Shown: one piece after another, positions 1-10,933 of the stretch
Layout: each line of letters opens with the position of its first letter
Numbering within the stretch: the first letter of the stretch is position 1
NCBI GenBank assembly: GCA_963708075.1
Contig: OY970194.1
Coordinates: 5,888,001-5,952,000 of the forward strand
Origin: Sedimentisphaerales bacterium
GTDB taxonomy: Bacteria; Planctomycetota; Phycisphaerae; Sedimentisphaerales; Anaerobacaceae
Direction of reading: 5' to 3'
DNA length: 64,000 nucleotides
Program-made: the position numbers and the translations under genes
Notes under the pieces: generated by a model
The model's input: only the letters and a program-made list of their open reading frames with translations
Database searches by the model: none
Told to the model about the DNA's origin: nothing

Positions 1-903
1 TGGTCGCGGGCAAGGGCCGGTACGTCCGGAAGCTGAGCGTTGAGAAGATGGTCGAGCAAACGGAAGAGCTGCGGAGGCGGTTCCCCAAGGCCGGGTGTCT
101 CGAGTTCTACGATGAGGATTTCTGCGCCCGGCCCGTGGCAGACATCGAGCGGTTTTCGCGGGAGTACGCCGCGAGGGTGGGAATTCCGTTCGGGTGCATG
201 GTTCTCGCCTCTGCAACTCTCGGAGGAGAAGATGGAGCTGCTGGTCAAGGCGGGGCTCTGGCGGATCCACATGGGGGTCGAGAGCGGCAGCGAACGCACG
301 AAGACGGAAATCTACAACCGGCCCATGTCGAACGATGCGGTGCTGCACGCCGCGCGGATCATCCACAAATACCCGCATGTCGTGACGTACTATTTCCTGA
401 TCATCGGCAATCCCTATGAGACACGCGCGGACCTGCTGTCTACCGCCCGCTTCCTGGGGGACCTGCCGCATCCGTTCTTTCTCCGGGTGTACAATCTGGT
501 CTTTTTCCCCGGCACGCTTCTATATGAGGCCGCCGTCCGGGACAGGATCATCGAGGGCAGCCGGGATAGCGGGTTCGAGCTGGACTACGTCGCCGGGTTC
601 GACTACGGGAAGCACCCATGGAAGCGGAAGAATCTGTACCTGAACGGGTTGCTTTACCAGATGGACGGTAAAGTCGCGCGCCACCGGCTGGGCCTCGTGC
701 CCAGAGGCCTGCTCAACTTCCTGCTCCGGCCGCGAGTGGTGGCCTTCAACGAGAGGTATACCGTGGGCATCCGGGGCCTGATCACGTCCAAGCGACACCT
801 CTGGAAGCTGCGAATCCTCCTCGCCCACGCGGTGCAGAAGCTTCTGAAAGATCCGCGAGTGATCTACAGAAATATGTCCCGGCTGTCGTTGAGAACCGAT
901 TGA
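1..903 (+). CDS. B12-binding-type radical SAM protein, C-terminal part (5' end outside window; apparent frameshift near 205)
   Basis: ORF 48..419 (FYDEDF...FSREYAARVGIPF) continues in the frame of 40..903 (LVKAGLWRIHMGVESGSER...YFLIIGNPYET), the typical core of class B radical SAM proteins; the CxxxCxxC motif is not in the window. Confidence 0.75.
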
Positions 904-974
904 ACGAGGCTCGGATCTCGGGCAATCCCTCCGGCAGACCAGCCAAAGGCTTGCCGCCGGTACACACGATGTGG

Positions 975-2912
975 CTATACTGTCTGCCGGAAGATGTTTC
1001 CCCAATGACGATTCACGGTCCGGTTGGGCAGCCAGTAGTTGCTGACCGAGTGCACGGAGTCGTTCAGAAGGTCCGTCCAGGGGCCATTGGCAGGGAAAGG
1101 CACATTGACTACTGCATCCTTGTCCGAGAAGTTGATAACGATGATGAATCGTTCCGTGTCATCCCAGCGATGGAAAATCACTACTTGCTTGTCCTCATGA
1201 AAGCCGTATCCCTTATCGTTGAACTGTGTGCTGTAGTCGTCGGCCGGGTAGAAGTTGGGCGACGACAAGGCGGGATGGCTGCTCCGAATGGCAGCCAGTT
1301 TGCTGTACCAGTGCATCAGGGGCTTCCCGAAGTCGTCCCCGGCCTGGAACCAGTGAATCGCCCGGTGGATCACGCGGGAGATGCCGGAGGCCGCCTCCTC
1401 ATGCCCTTCCGGCATCCATGCATCCTCGCCCCACTCCTGCCCGCTGTGCAGCAGGATCGCTCCCGGCGAGGTGAACAGCGCGATCATATAGGGTTGCGTC
1501 TGCCACCATAGCGATCGATTGTAGTAGCGGTTGTTAATCTTGTTTATCAACGTGCGATGATCGTGGTTCTCGATGTACATCACGGGCACTTTGCCTGCCG
1601 CGAAGTCCTTGTTCGAATTCAGCGCCCGCATCACCTGATTGTTCACGTGCTTGTACTCCACGGCGTCAAAGTAGGTCCAGAATGCGTTGTCCAGCCAGCA
1701 CCCATCGGCATCGATTTGGTTAGTCCTGTCGATGCATTCATATCCACTCAGGCATTCCAGGATCAGCGAGATGTTCTTGCGGGCAGGGTCCTGGGCGATG
1801 TAGTCCTTGAGGTCGATGATGAGTCTGGGCAGCCCGTGTGCCTTGTCGCTCGTATTACAGAACCCCTTGACGTAGTCAAAGCGAATGCCGTCAACCTTAA
1901 AAACGTCTATCCAGTATTTGCACACGTCCAGAATGAACTCCTGTGTGCAGCGGTTGTTGTAGTCGAGATCGGGGCCAAACTGCCATTCGCCAAAATCCCC
2001 GATGAACGGCGACAAGTCGTGGTCCCGGTACATCGTCCGGTACGGGAATGGGTCTGCCACGTGATTGAATACCCCGTCCATGATCACATGGATACCCTCC
2101 TTATGAAGCGCGTCGATCAGGGCCTTGAGCTGAGAGAGCTTCTCGAGCGGGTACTTCTTGTCATCCGTATACCGATTGGTCACGGCGAAGAACAAGCAGG
2201 GCATGTATCCCCAGGAATATCCACTCCCGGGGCTTCCAGTCCAAGGGAGTATCTCCACAGCGTTGACACCCAGTGATTTGATGTGCTGGATTTTGTCAGC
2301 AAACTGCATCGCCTGTAAAGGTGCTTCATTGCCGCGATACTCCCACGTGAAATCCTCCAGGTGCAGTTCATAGATGATGAGGTCCTTCAACGGCAGGCGG
2401 TTGGCCAGGTTGACGGGCGTTATCCATCTGTTGCCCCCGATCACGAATCCCGACCGATCTCCATCGGTGTCGCAATCGTGGTACTTGCTGCAGGGATCAC
2501 ACACCTGGCGTGACTCGGAACTGTCCTTGTACGTCACTACGTACCGGTATTGGAAGTATCCATCTTTGGCGGGCAGGACCGCGGACTCGTACAGCCATCC
2601 TTTGGGCGCCTCGGGCGGATCAGGATAAGGCCGCGGTTGCAGCATCGAAGGGGCGGAAGCAACGTCCCAGTCGGCTCCGTGGTTTGTCGCCTGCTGGAAA
2701 TCCCCGACGATCTTGATGCCTGCGATGTCGGGCTTGCCCGCGTGATTTATGATTGTGTTCCCCTGGTCGTCCTTGATTTCATTTCCCTGGCTGTCTCTGA
2801 CGATGAATTCTCGAAAGTACTGATTGGGGTCCTTCTCATGATCCGGGAAGAAGACTCTGAACTGGACGGTTTTATTCCCGTGGTCAACCACGGCTCCAAG
2901 TTTCTCGTACAT
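975..2912 (-). CDS. GH13 alpha-amylase family glycosidase (branching enzyme/trehalohydrolase-like)
   Basis: Motifs IIYELH, LGVNAVEILP, WGYMP, VIMDGVFNH, DGIRFD, YIENHD; GGAGG RBS before ATG at 2912. Confidence 0.9.
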   Translation of the reverse strand: MYEKLGAVVDHGNKTVQFRVFFPDHEKDPNQYFREFIVRDSQGNEIKDDQGNTIINHAGKPDIAGIKIVGDFQQATNHGADWDVASAPSMLQPRPYPDPPEAPKGWLYESAVLPAKDGYFQYRYVVTYKDSSESRQVCDPCSKYHDCDTDGDRSGFVIGGNRWITPVNLANRLPLKDLIIYELHLEDFTWEYRGNEAPLQAMQFADKIQHIKSLGVNAVEILPWTGSPGSGYSWGYMPCLFFAVTNRYTDDKKYPLEKLSQLKALIDALHKEGIHVIMDGVFNHVADPFPYRTMYRDHDLSPFIGDFGEWQFGPDLDYNNRCTQEFILDVCKYWIDVFKVDGIRFDYVKGFCNTSDKAHGLPRLIIDLKDYIAQDPARKNISLILECLSGYECIDRTNQIDADGCWLDNAFWTYFDAVEYKHVNNQVMRALNSNKDFAAGKVPVMYIENHDHRTLINKINNRYYNRSLWWQTQPYMIALFTSPGAILLHSGQEWGEDAWMPEGHEEAASGISRVIHRAIHWFQAGDDFGKPLMHWYSKLAAIRSSHPALSSPNFYPADDYSTQFNDKGYGFHEDKQVVIFHRWDDTERFIIVINFSDKDAVVNVPFPANGPWTDLLNDSVHSVSNYWLPNRTVNRHWGNIFRQTV

Positions 2913-3025
2913 ATCAGCCTCCCTTGCAACCCTGCTGGTAAACGCACCTCGTTCGCCGTACACAGGCATCCATTGTACGGGCTGCAACGAATATGTCTAT
3001 CATCAAGAATGTGGACGGCGCGGCA

Positions 3026-3207
3026 GGGTGCGGCCGACATTCGGTGGCGGATTCCGGTTCTCCGCGTAGGACGAGCGTCCCCGCTCGTCCATTGCAGGGA
3101 TCTGCAATCGACAGGATGTGGTGCGAGGCCATGCGACAAAAGGGGCGAGCGGGGACGCTCACCCTACGAAGAGCGGCACCAATCGCCACCGTATTCCGAC
3201 CACATCC
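3026..3207. mobile_element. MITE-like element (about 28-bp TIRs, 8-9-bp TSD) enclosing a GTAG-type REP doublet
   Basis: Left gggtgcggccgacattcggtggcggatt (3026-3053), right aatcgccaccgtattccgaccacatcc (3181-3207); gcgcggca repeated at 3018-3025 and 3208-3215; internal gtaggacgagcgtccccgctcgtcc ... gggcgagcggggacgctcaccctac. Confidence 0.75.
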
Positions 3208-3493
3208 GCGCGGCAGAGCGCCCCCGAAGGGCATGATGGTAACCAGTAGGTCTTTGTGACCCCAGTCCCTCCCCGATTGTCTTGAGCTCCGAATTTCGCC
3301 TTGACAATACACGGCACATGGCGTAGGCTCCGGTCGCGAACTTGATGGAACCTCTCCGAGACGTAGCGACATGGGGCACGGGACCGCAGGAATAACTGGA
3401 ATCGTGATGACAGTCATATATCAAGCGATCGAAGGATGCGTGCGCGTCACGTAATTGCTCGCGGCTGTTCTTGTCAGGAGGCATCCACGGACC

Positions 3494-4558
3494 ATGTTGA
3501 ATCGTATGAGACTTCATCTACGTTGTGTGTGGCTAGTGGTGGTGAGCGTGTTCTGGGTGGGGGCGGGGTGGGCGCAGATGCCGGATCCGCCGGGACAGGT
3601 TGGGGCGGGCCAGACGCCGAAATATCAGGCGTATCTCTTCGCGCACATGCTGCATAGCGATTACGGGCGGTTGTATTACAGCGTCAGCCTGGATGGGCTG
3701 CACTGGGAGATGCTCAATGGCGGTAGGCGCGTCAACGAGGAATATCGTGGACACCCCGACATCTGCAAGGGGCACGATGGGCGGTATTACCTCGTGGGCA
3801 ATCGCGGGGATGAGCGGCCCGACATCAACTTCTGGGTCTCCGACGATCTGGTCGCGTGGACCAGGTACGGCGACTACGTGCCGGACCTGAAGCGCGTGCC
3901 CGAGTACCCGAAGGCCATGGCGCGGATTGGGGCGCCGAAGCTGTTCTTCGATGAGGCCGGGTCTCAGTACCTGCTCACCTGGCACACCCCGCACGACCTC
4001 GGCCGCACCGACCTGCCGGAACCGTACTGGGCGAGCCAGCGGACGCTCTACGTGACATCCAAGGACCTGAAGACCTTCTCCGATCCGCCTCGCAAGCTAT
4101 TCCCGTGGGACATGGCGACAATCGATGTGATTGTCCGCCGGGAAGGCGACCGCTATTACACCATCCTGAAGGACGAACGCTATCCGACCCTGGACTGGAC
4201 CACGGGCAAAACGATCCGCATCGCCGGTGCGTCGAGTGTGCTGGGGCCGTACTCCGAGCCGGGGCCGCCGATCAGCCCGAACTTCCGCGAGGCCCCGACT
4301 CTCATCCCATCGCCCAACGGCAAGGCCTGGTATCTCTACTACGAGCAGTATCCCGGCGTCGCCTACGGCCTTTCGGTTGCGGCCCGACTCCAGGGTCCAT
4401 GGGTCCAGATTGCCGGCGGGCAGCGCCCCGATTGGGACAAGTATGCGTTGCCGGCGAACGTGCGGCATGGCTCCATGCTCCCCGTCACGCGCTCGCAATA
4501 TGACGCCCTGACAGCCGCCTTCGCCAAAGGCTCCGCCCAGGGAAGGACAGGCAAGTAG
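3494..4558 (+). CDS. Secreted GH43-like five-bladed beta-propeller glycoside hydrolase
   Basis: Signal peptide; SLDGLHW, GHPDI, SDDLVAW, GAPKLF, ATIDV, REAPTL, RHGS motifs; AGGAGG RBS. Confidence 0.8.
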   Translation: MLNRMRLHLRCVWLVVVSVFWVGAGWAQMPDPPGQVGAGQTPKYQAYLFAHMLHSDYGRLYYSVSLDGLHWEMLNGGRRVNEEYRGHPDICKGHDGRYYLVGNRGDERPDINFWVSDDLVAWTRYGDYVPDLKRVPEYPKAMARIGAPKLFFDEAGSQYLLTWHTPHDLGRTDLPEPYWASQRTLYVTSKDLKTFSDPPRKLFPWDMATIDVIVRREGDRYYTILKDERYPTLDWTTGKTIRIAGASSVLGPYSEPGPPISPNFREAPTLIPSPNGKAWYLYYEQYPGVAYGLSVAARLQGPWVQIAGGQRPDWDKYALPANVRHGSMLPVTRSQYDALTAAFAKGSAQGRTGK

Positions 4559-4821
4559 CGCCTTCGAGTGTCCATAATGACGATTTCACAGTTGGGTGGC
4601 AGCGGCAAGTGGAGTCTTTGGAACTTGCCGATGGCGTACAGGCGTGAACACCAGCCATCGTAATCGGTGCTCTCTACACGCATTGCTTCAATAGTCGTGC
4701 TACCGGAATGACGGCTGTCCCTCGCAAATGAAGAAGGGCTGCGCACGCTTGTGGCAGCCCTTCGGTGAACGTGATGCGACGGATTCTCAGAAGGTCCCGC
4801 GTCGGCGGAGCAAGCCGATCA

Positions 4822-5015
4822 GGGATGCGGTCGCCATTCGGTGGCGGATTCGGGGCTCCGCGTAGGACGAGCGTCCTCGCTCGTCCTCTTTCGGCTGTGG
4901 CCTTGTACAGTATCCAGTCTGTTGCAAGGGCCCGGACTGGTCGTGCGGGGACGCACGACCCCCGATCAGGTCGGGGGCAGGCTCTACGAAGAGGCTCGCC
5001 GACTGCCACCGTTCC
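4822..5015. mobile_element. Second copy of the MITE/REP-doublet element, right end degenerate, with a 24-nt insert
   Basis: ggatgcggtcgccattcggtggcggatt and gtaggacgagcgtcctcgctcgtcc match the copy at 3026; partial right end gactgccaccgttcc. Confidence 0.65.
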
Positions 5016-5154
5016 AGCGTGCGCCGTTGCCGGGCCGTCAGCTTGGGTCGGCGACCGGGATGCGGCGTGCCGTTCACGCCCTCCCACCCCGCCGCACGAC
5101 AATACATCAAAACATCTATTATTCTGACCGATTTCCGCCCCGCCGCCCTTCGTT

Positions 5155-5242
5155 TTCAAATCAAACATCAAAAATCAAATATCAAACTTCATGCCGTCAC
5201 GCCAACTCAACTTCAAACCTCAAACATCGCACTTCACACTTC
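5155..5242. repeat. Degenerate heptamer tandem tract (TCAAACA-like)
   Basis: tcaaatcaaacatcaaaaatcaaatatcaaac and acttcaaacctcaaacatcgcacttcacacttc. Confidence 0.8.
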
Positions 5243-5326
5243 TTCTTGTCCCCCTTCCGAATTCCAATGGTCTTCCGTTCGCCCGCTAAGGATTAAAATA
5301 AGCGCTGACCCTCCACTCCCCTCCAC

Positions 5327-8300
5327 TCATTCAAGGCCCAGCCTCGCAGCTAATTCCTTCAGCTTCTGCTTGAGTTTGGGACTGATGTTTGTCTCCAAGA
5401 GTCTACCCATGATCTCCTTGGCCTTGTACCAAACATGCTGCGCCGATCCCAGTGACCCAAGATAAGTTAACAATGTTGCCACTGATTCTGGGTACTGCTC
5501 TGGGAGGTTGCTTTTGTCCAGGCTGTACATCATGGTAGTCAATTCGAGTGGGTTTTGGGGCATCCGAGTGGCTACGCTAACAGCTTCGGGAAATACCGCT
5601 GGCAGATGTGGCAACCAGTCCACCATTCCTTGGACCTCGCCTGGACTAAGGGGAATTGGCACGCCTTGTATGCGATTCTCCCAGTACCGCTTGAGCCAGC
5701 GATTCCACCAGTCTTTTTGGCCCCGATCATCCATACCGCGCAGAAAATGCTCTACTTGGGAGGTAAATAGGCCGCCGGTTTCCTGCCCACCATCGCTAAG
5801 GAGTTCAGGAATCCATTTATCGAGAGGACTGTCTACGAACGAACCAAGAACAAGCGTATAATACTCAATGAAGCGATCCTTGTGATTGGCTAGTTCATCC
5901 TTTAGCCGGCGAACTGCCTTCAAAAAGGCAGGCCCCATGGCCTCAACCACCGACGGATTAAGACGACCCCATGTCAAAAAACCCTCCCAAGCTGCCTGAA
6001 AATCGAGTGTACCATTATCTGGATCGAAGAGGGGCAACAAGCACGAACGCGTCCATGCTTCATCAGTTGCTAGCAGAAAAGCAAACTGACTTGCGAGAAT
6101 CGTCCTGCCTAGCCTGCCTAATAACGACTGCTCCTGCGCTATGGTTGATAAGGCTTGGCGATAATCATCGTCAGAAATCCCGCCTATAGGATGCTCGTGC
6201 TGTTGCCACAGTGAAAGACTCTCCAACCAGAACTCGGCCAAGATGCCAGCAGGCCTGTTGATAGCCAAATCGACCCAGCCATCGGTGGCGCTCATCCCGT
6301 CATCGTGGTCCAGTGTTCTCCACAGGCCAGAGGCTATTGAGTTTGCTCGGGGCAGTAGATGTCGGATCTGGGTCTTGCCACCGTTCTTGACCACCGCGTG
6401 GAGGAGGCTGGCTATATCGTACGCGTGTACTACGTACAGTTCTTCCCTCCCTACCCAATCGAGTACTTGAGTTGCTTCGGTTTCGGTAAGTTCTATCTCC
6501 GACCAAGCTCGCATTAGGGGGCCCCAGAGATCAGCGTCCCATTTGCCATCTTTAGCCAGACTGGCTGCCAAATCGAATCCCCATGTTCGCCGGGATTTCG
6601 CAGCCTCTTTGATGATGGAAAGCAGGTGCCATCGGTCACTAGTGGAATTTGAGGGTTGAAAGGGCAGCAATTCTTCAAGCCACTCCAGGGCTGACTTCGC
6701 TAGAAGAGTCTCAACGCTCCACGGGTGCTGGCGATCAGAGCCACCTTCACTGATCCAGTGCGTTAGGTCTGGATGGTCACGGGGGCGCCAATTGGGATAT
6801 TTCCCTGATACAGTGTCTATGGCTTGCTTGGCGAAGTCACACTGAGGTGCAGCGGCATGGATCCAGTGGAGCCAGTCAAAATGACACCTCGCCGTACGTT
6901 GTTCCTTATCGGCGTCTTCCTCATTCGCCCAGCGAAACGTCAGTACCGCCTCAATGATCTTCTTACGCCAATCGGGACTCGCATCTGGGTACGCGGATGC
7001 GACTAACCGATAGACCTCATGGTGTGCCTCCACGTCATGCAGTCCGCCGTGAGTCAACAACCAGGCAAGTTTTTCATCAGGGGAAATATCCCTGCTTGCG
7101 TTGGTCGCGTGCAACGCCAGACGGCGCAAAATAGGAGCCTTCGACTGGGAGAAATATTCACACCACCGCGACGCCGCGCTGGTTCTATTCGCGATGAGCC
7201 ATTCGAGGCAGTCTCTGCCTGCGTCAATCAGCACATCGTGTGCCTGCAGAAACCTATCTTGATCGTGAGGTTCGATGGCGGACCGGCGCCAGCTAAAGGG
7301 ATCCAATCCAGGACCAGCCTTCTGCCAAGCCTCCAATACAAAATGGTACGACTCTATGCACTGGAAGATTTGGATTAGCAGGGGCTCAGCTACTTGATCA
7401 AGCTTAGAGCGTAGCCCCTTCTCCCAGATATCTCTGAGTGCATGATGCTCTGCTGCGGGCGCAACATCCACATCAATCTTGTGGCCAGCCAATGTTCCGT
7501 CTGGCCGGGGCCAGACAAAACCAGGACGAAGTCGTAGGCTCCTTTGAGCCATCGCATTGAAAACATCTAGAAGACTTGACAGGTTTCCCTGTTCAATGCA
7601 GCGTTCACCCAGCCAGTGGAGCATGCTCTCCGAGCCAACTGGAAAGGTTTCGAGGAGCAGGGATATCCAGCGGGATAGGAGCGGATTTTCTATCGCTGGT
7701 CCTTCTGGCCAAGCCACTTTGCGCGAGCGCTAGCCAAAAGACCGGACTCAGGCGCATCTTGTGGCTCGCTATCAGGAGGAAGAGATCCTCGGAATTACCG
7801 GCTAGAAATCGCTCCGCAAGCCAAGACGCCAAAAGCCCATCTTGTTCAGACGTCCCCCGATCCTCGAAGAGCCCATTCAAATGCTTGCGGTCATCAAGCC
7901 ACTCGATCCACTCGGCTGATGAGGCGGCCTTTATGAAAAAACGAGTAGTGGCAACGTCCTGCAGGGAATGCTCAATGATACTTATCGTCTCTTCGTCGAT
8001 AGGTGGAGTCTTACTAGCCATCTCCGTTATCTCTCGCTGCCAGTCAAGAATAGTGCGCCTGACAGTGTCGGCAAGACATCTGACACCTTTATAAAGCGAA
8101 GCGTGGTCCTTCTTGCCGCGATGGCCATACGTGATCGGTTCAATGCCCAATATATTCCAACGTTGCACACTCTCAGTATCAGGTGTCAGCGCAAATCGCC
8201 GTGCACTTTCTCTCGGAATGGCCCTCGCCAGATAGCTAATAACAACGTCTTTGTGGCTATACCCAACAAAGAGCACGGTCCAGTTCTGGAATAGGTCAAC

Positions 8301-8842
8301 CAGAAACCGTCTCGCCCATCCTTCAGTCAAGTAGGCACGACCGAAGTCTGCGTCCGTAAGCACGAGGTTCTAGGCTGGCTGACCGCACCATGTATGTGCA
8401 AGATTCCCCTAAAGTCTCTCCCCAGAGGTAATGCTGGAGCGCGAAAGACCTCAGGCTGCTTTCGAAATAAGTCTTCTGCGGCCTGCTCGAATAGTAGATC
8501 GAAGTTTGTTGTGACCACGCGAACTGATCGGGGATCGCTATACAGCCTCAACAAGTCTCGATGCAAAGCTGTGTGGCCCAGTCCTTCCCTCGAGAGCAGA
8601 CTTGCGGCTATTTCGTGAACCTGTATCCCGCTGTGCTGTAGTCTCCCTAGAAAACGGTCATCGGGCTCGCCCTTCTCTGGAAGTTGGCCTGTGCCCGTCG
8701 CAATCCGCAGAGCCAATCGGCGGAAGTCCGGGAGATTGGCTGGCCTGCCCATGGAGACGCCCGCGCCTGCAAAGACCACAAGCTTCTCGTCGCGAATTGC
8801 TCTCAACACCGCTTCTGGGAATTCTATACCCCGGATTTGCAT
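5327..8842 (-). CDS. SIR2-like domain protein with long helical C-terminus (DUF4020/Dsr-like), about 1170 aa, broken by two apparent frameshifts (about 8365 and 7700)
   Basis: VVFAGAGVS, VTTNFD, HIHG (8327..8872) continue into LTDADFGRAYL...LFVGYS (7605..8363) and then the Trp-rich ORF 5327..7717 (AINRPAGILAEFW, FQAAWEGFL); visibly lower GC than flanks. Confidence 0.8.
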
Positions 8843-9059
8843 TCGGGTGGACTCGCTCAGTTCGCTATACAAGGGATATTAGGACGGACCCCATTTTCTC
8901 ACCATTCTCGAGACTCCGCAGCCTTCACACACATTTCCGCCTCACCACATTGGTCTGGCCCACGCGGCCGGAACTTTCATTTTTCGCACGTTCACCAGGA
9001 GTGTTCCGCTGGGGACAAGTATAACAGGTGCCTGCGGGGCAGGCAAGCGATATGTGATA

Positions 9060-9970
9060 GGGGATAGGGAAAGAAGTGGGGAGTTTGATGTTTGAAGTAG
9101 GCGCGGCGGGAGGGCGGGACGCGGCGATTGTGGACTGCGGATTGGCGCTGGGTGCCGGCAGGAACACAGGCTCATTGATCGTTGCTATGTGGTATTACCA
9201 CCTGGTGGCGTCCACGACATGCGCTAGGTTGTACTGCAACCTAGCGGAGGTGTCAGACTGGTCCTCCGCGTGGTGGCTCATGTCCTTTTCATCCTGCGTT
9301 CCTCCCTTCCTCCCCATCCCCTGCGTCTCGGCGTCTCTGCGTGATGTGACTTTCTCAGGAGAACTAAAGGGGTACGGTACTTTTTCTGAATTCTTCGTGG
9401 CGTCTTCGTGACCTTCGTGGCCCCGCGGATTTATGATGTACGAATTACGATTTACGATTGAAGAATGTAGCTTCGTTCGCGTGGTTCGCGTCTTTCGCGG
9501 TTCAAAGGGAGTTGTTGGTTGACGTGCTTTGTGTTTCCCTCCGTGAGCTCCGTGTCCTCGGTGGTTAAGAAGAGAATCGGTGTGCGATGCACACCCTACG
9601 CAATCTGCGGATCAAAGGAATCGGTGGGCGGAGCCCACCGTAGGCGGCTCTCGCCACTGCCAGGGCCGCGTTCCCCGTCGGCGTTCATCTGTGCGCATCT
9701 GCGGCTCTGCTACATTCGTGGTCTTCGTGGTGAAGACGTGCGGGCGAATAATGGACGGGCGAATGATGATTCGCCCCTACGAGGGTGCGGGAATGACAAA
9801 AACGAGGCTGTTTCGCGCGGTTTTCGGGTCAGAATCTGCGAAAACCTGCGCAATCTGCGGATAGGAATGGCAGTTGGAGGGTGATGTTTGACGTGTGAGG
9901 TTTGATGTTTGATGGGGTCAGGGGAGGGGCGGGAGGATAAGTGACTGCGGAGTTCGGATTGCGGATTGTT
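9060..9970. repeat. Dense non-coding stack of about 15 different short repeat/palindrome units
   Basis: 7-nt tracts (tttgatg, tttacga, gattgcg), 9-10-nt period triplets (cttcgtg, ttcgcg, ctccgtg, atctgcg), REP halves ending in CTAC (9578-9599, 9757-9780), gcgggaatgac; no credible ORF. Confidence 0.8.
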
Positions 9971-9983
9971 GGGCGAAGGGGGG

Positions 9984-10814
9984 TTAGGGTATAGGTTCCA
10001 TGGGGAAGTTGACGCGGAGGGTCATGGCGGCGAGGTCGCCCTGGGTGATCAGGCGGGCTCGGCCTTTGTTCATGCTGATGTGCGGGAACTCCATGCCGCG
10101 GGCGTCGGCGAGGGTTTGGGCCAGGCCGGGGGACTTGTCCAGCTCGACCAGCAGGCCGGTGAAGGTCTGTCGCATCATCATGCCGGCGGTGGGGAGCAGC
10201 GAGCTGCCGCGGGCGGGGGCGTCGGAGCTGCCGATGAGGGTGGTCATGTCCTTCTGGAACTGCTCGGCCAGCCAGCGGATCATCGCAATCTTCTGGGCCT
10301 CCTCCGTGGCGTAGGGCGTGGTCAGGATCTCCGTGTCGATGACGAATTCGCTGTCGAAGACGAGGCCCCTTCTGGGCGGGACGAAGTACTGGGTTTTGCC
10401 CGTGGGGGCGGTCTCGGCCCGCTCATCGACGAGGAAGAAGTACTTTCGCGTGGCGGTCAGGCGGTACTCGTCGAAGACCACCAGGGTGAGCCAGAACTTG
10501 CGCCGGTCGGGGGTCCGGCCGGAGAAGGCGACGGCCGTGTCGCTTTGGGTCAGAAGCAGCTCATCCGCCGTGCCCTGCTCGAACTGGTACTCGGGCGCGC
10601 GGGCGAGGTTCAGCACGTCGAGGCTGGCGCTGGTCTTGAGCTGCGTGTGGGCGTAGGGGAAGGCGAGCTTGGCGTAGGTCAGGCGGTCCGGCGACACGTA
10701 GCCCTTGGCCGCACAGCCGCACAGGCAGGTCGCGAAAAGGAGAGCCGCCATGCAGAGGGCGCCTTGTACCGCTTTGGCCTTTCGGCGGATGGTTCGCGGC
10801 CTCCCGGTCGTCAT
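9984..10814 (-). CDS. Hypothetical lipoprotein
   Basis: AAGGAG RBS before ATG 10814; basic N-terminus, hydrophobic stretch and LCGC lipobox; strong GC3 bias. Confidence 0.75.
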   Translation of the reverse strand: MTTGRPRTIRRKAKAVQGALCMAALLFATCLCGCAAKGYVSPDRLTYAKLAFPYAHTQLKTSASLDVLNLARAPEYQFEQGTADELLLTQSDTAVAFSGRTPDRRKFWLTLVVFDEYRLTATRKYFFLVDERAETAPTGKTQYFVPPRRGLVFDSEFVIDTEILTTPYATEEAQKIAMIRWLAEQFQKDMTTLIGSSDAPARGSSLLPTAGMMMRQTFTGLLVELDKSPGLAQTLADARGMEFPHISMNKGRARLITQGDLAAMTLRVNFPMEPIP

Positions 10815-10933
10815 AGGGCTCTCCTTTTCGCAAGTACCATTTACAATTGACGCTCTGGCCTTATCCGCGTGGCGCGGTCGCCATGGCCGGCCGCACAATC
10901 GTAAATAGTAAATCATAAATCGTAAATCACACG

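Noticed and set aside
9060..9970. CRISPR array or integron attC array
   Set aside because: No constant repeat with unique spacers, no cas or intI gene, and no consistent RYYYAAC/GTTRRRY ends
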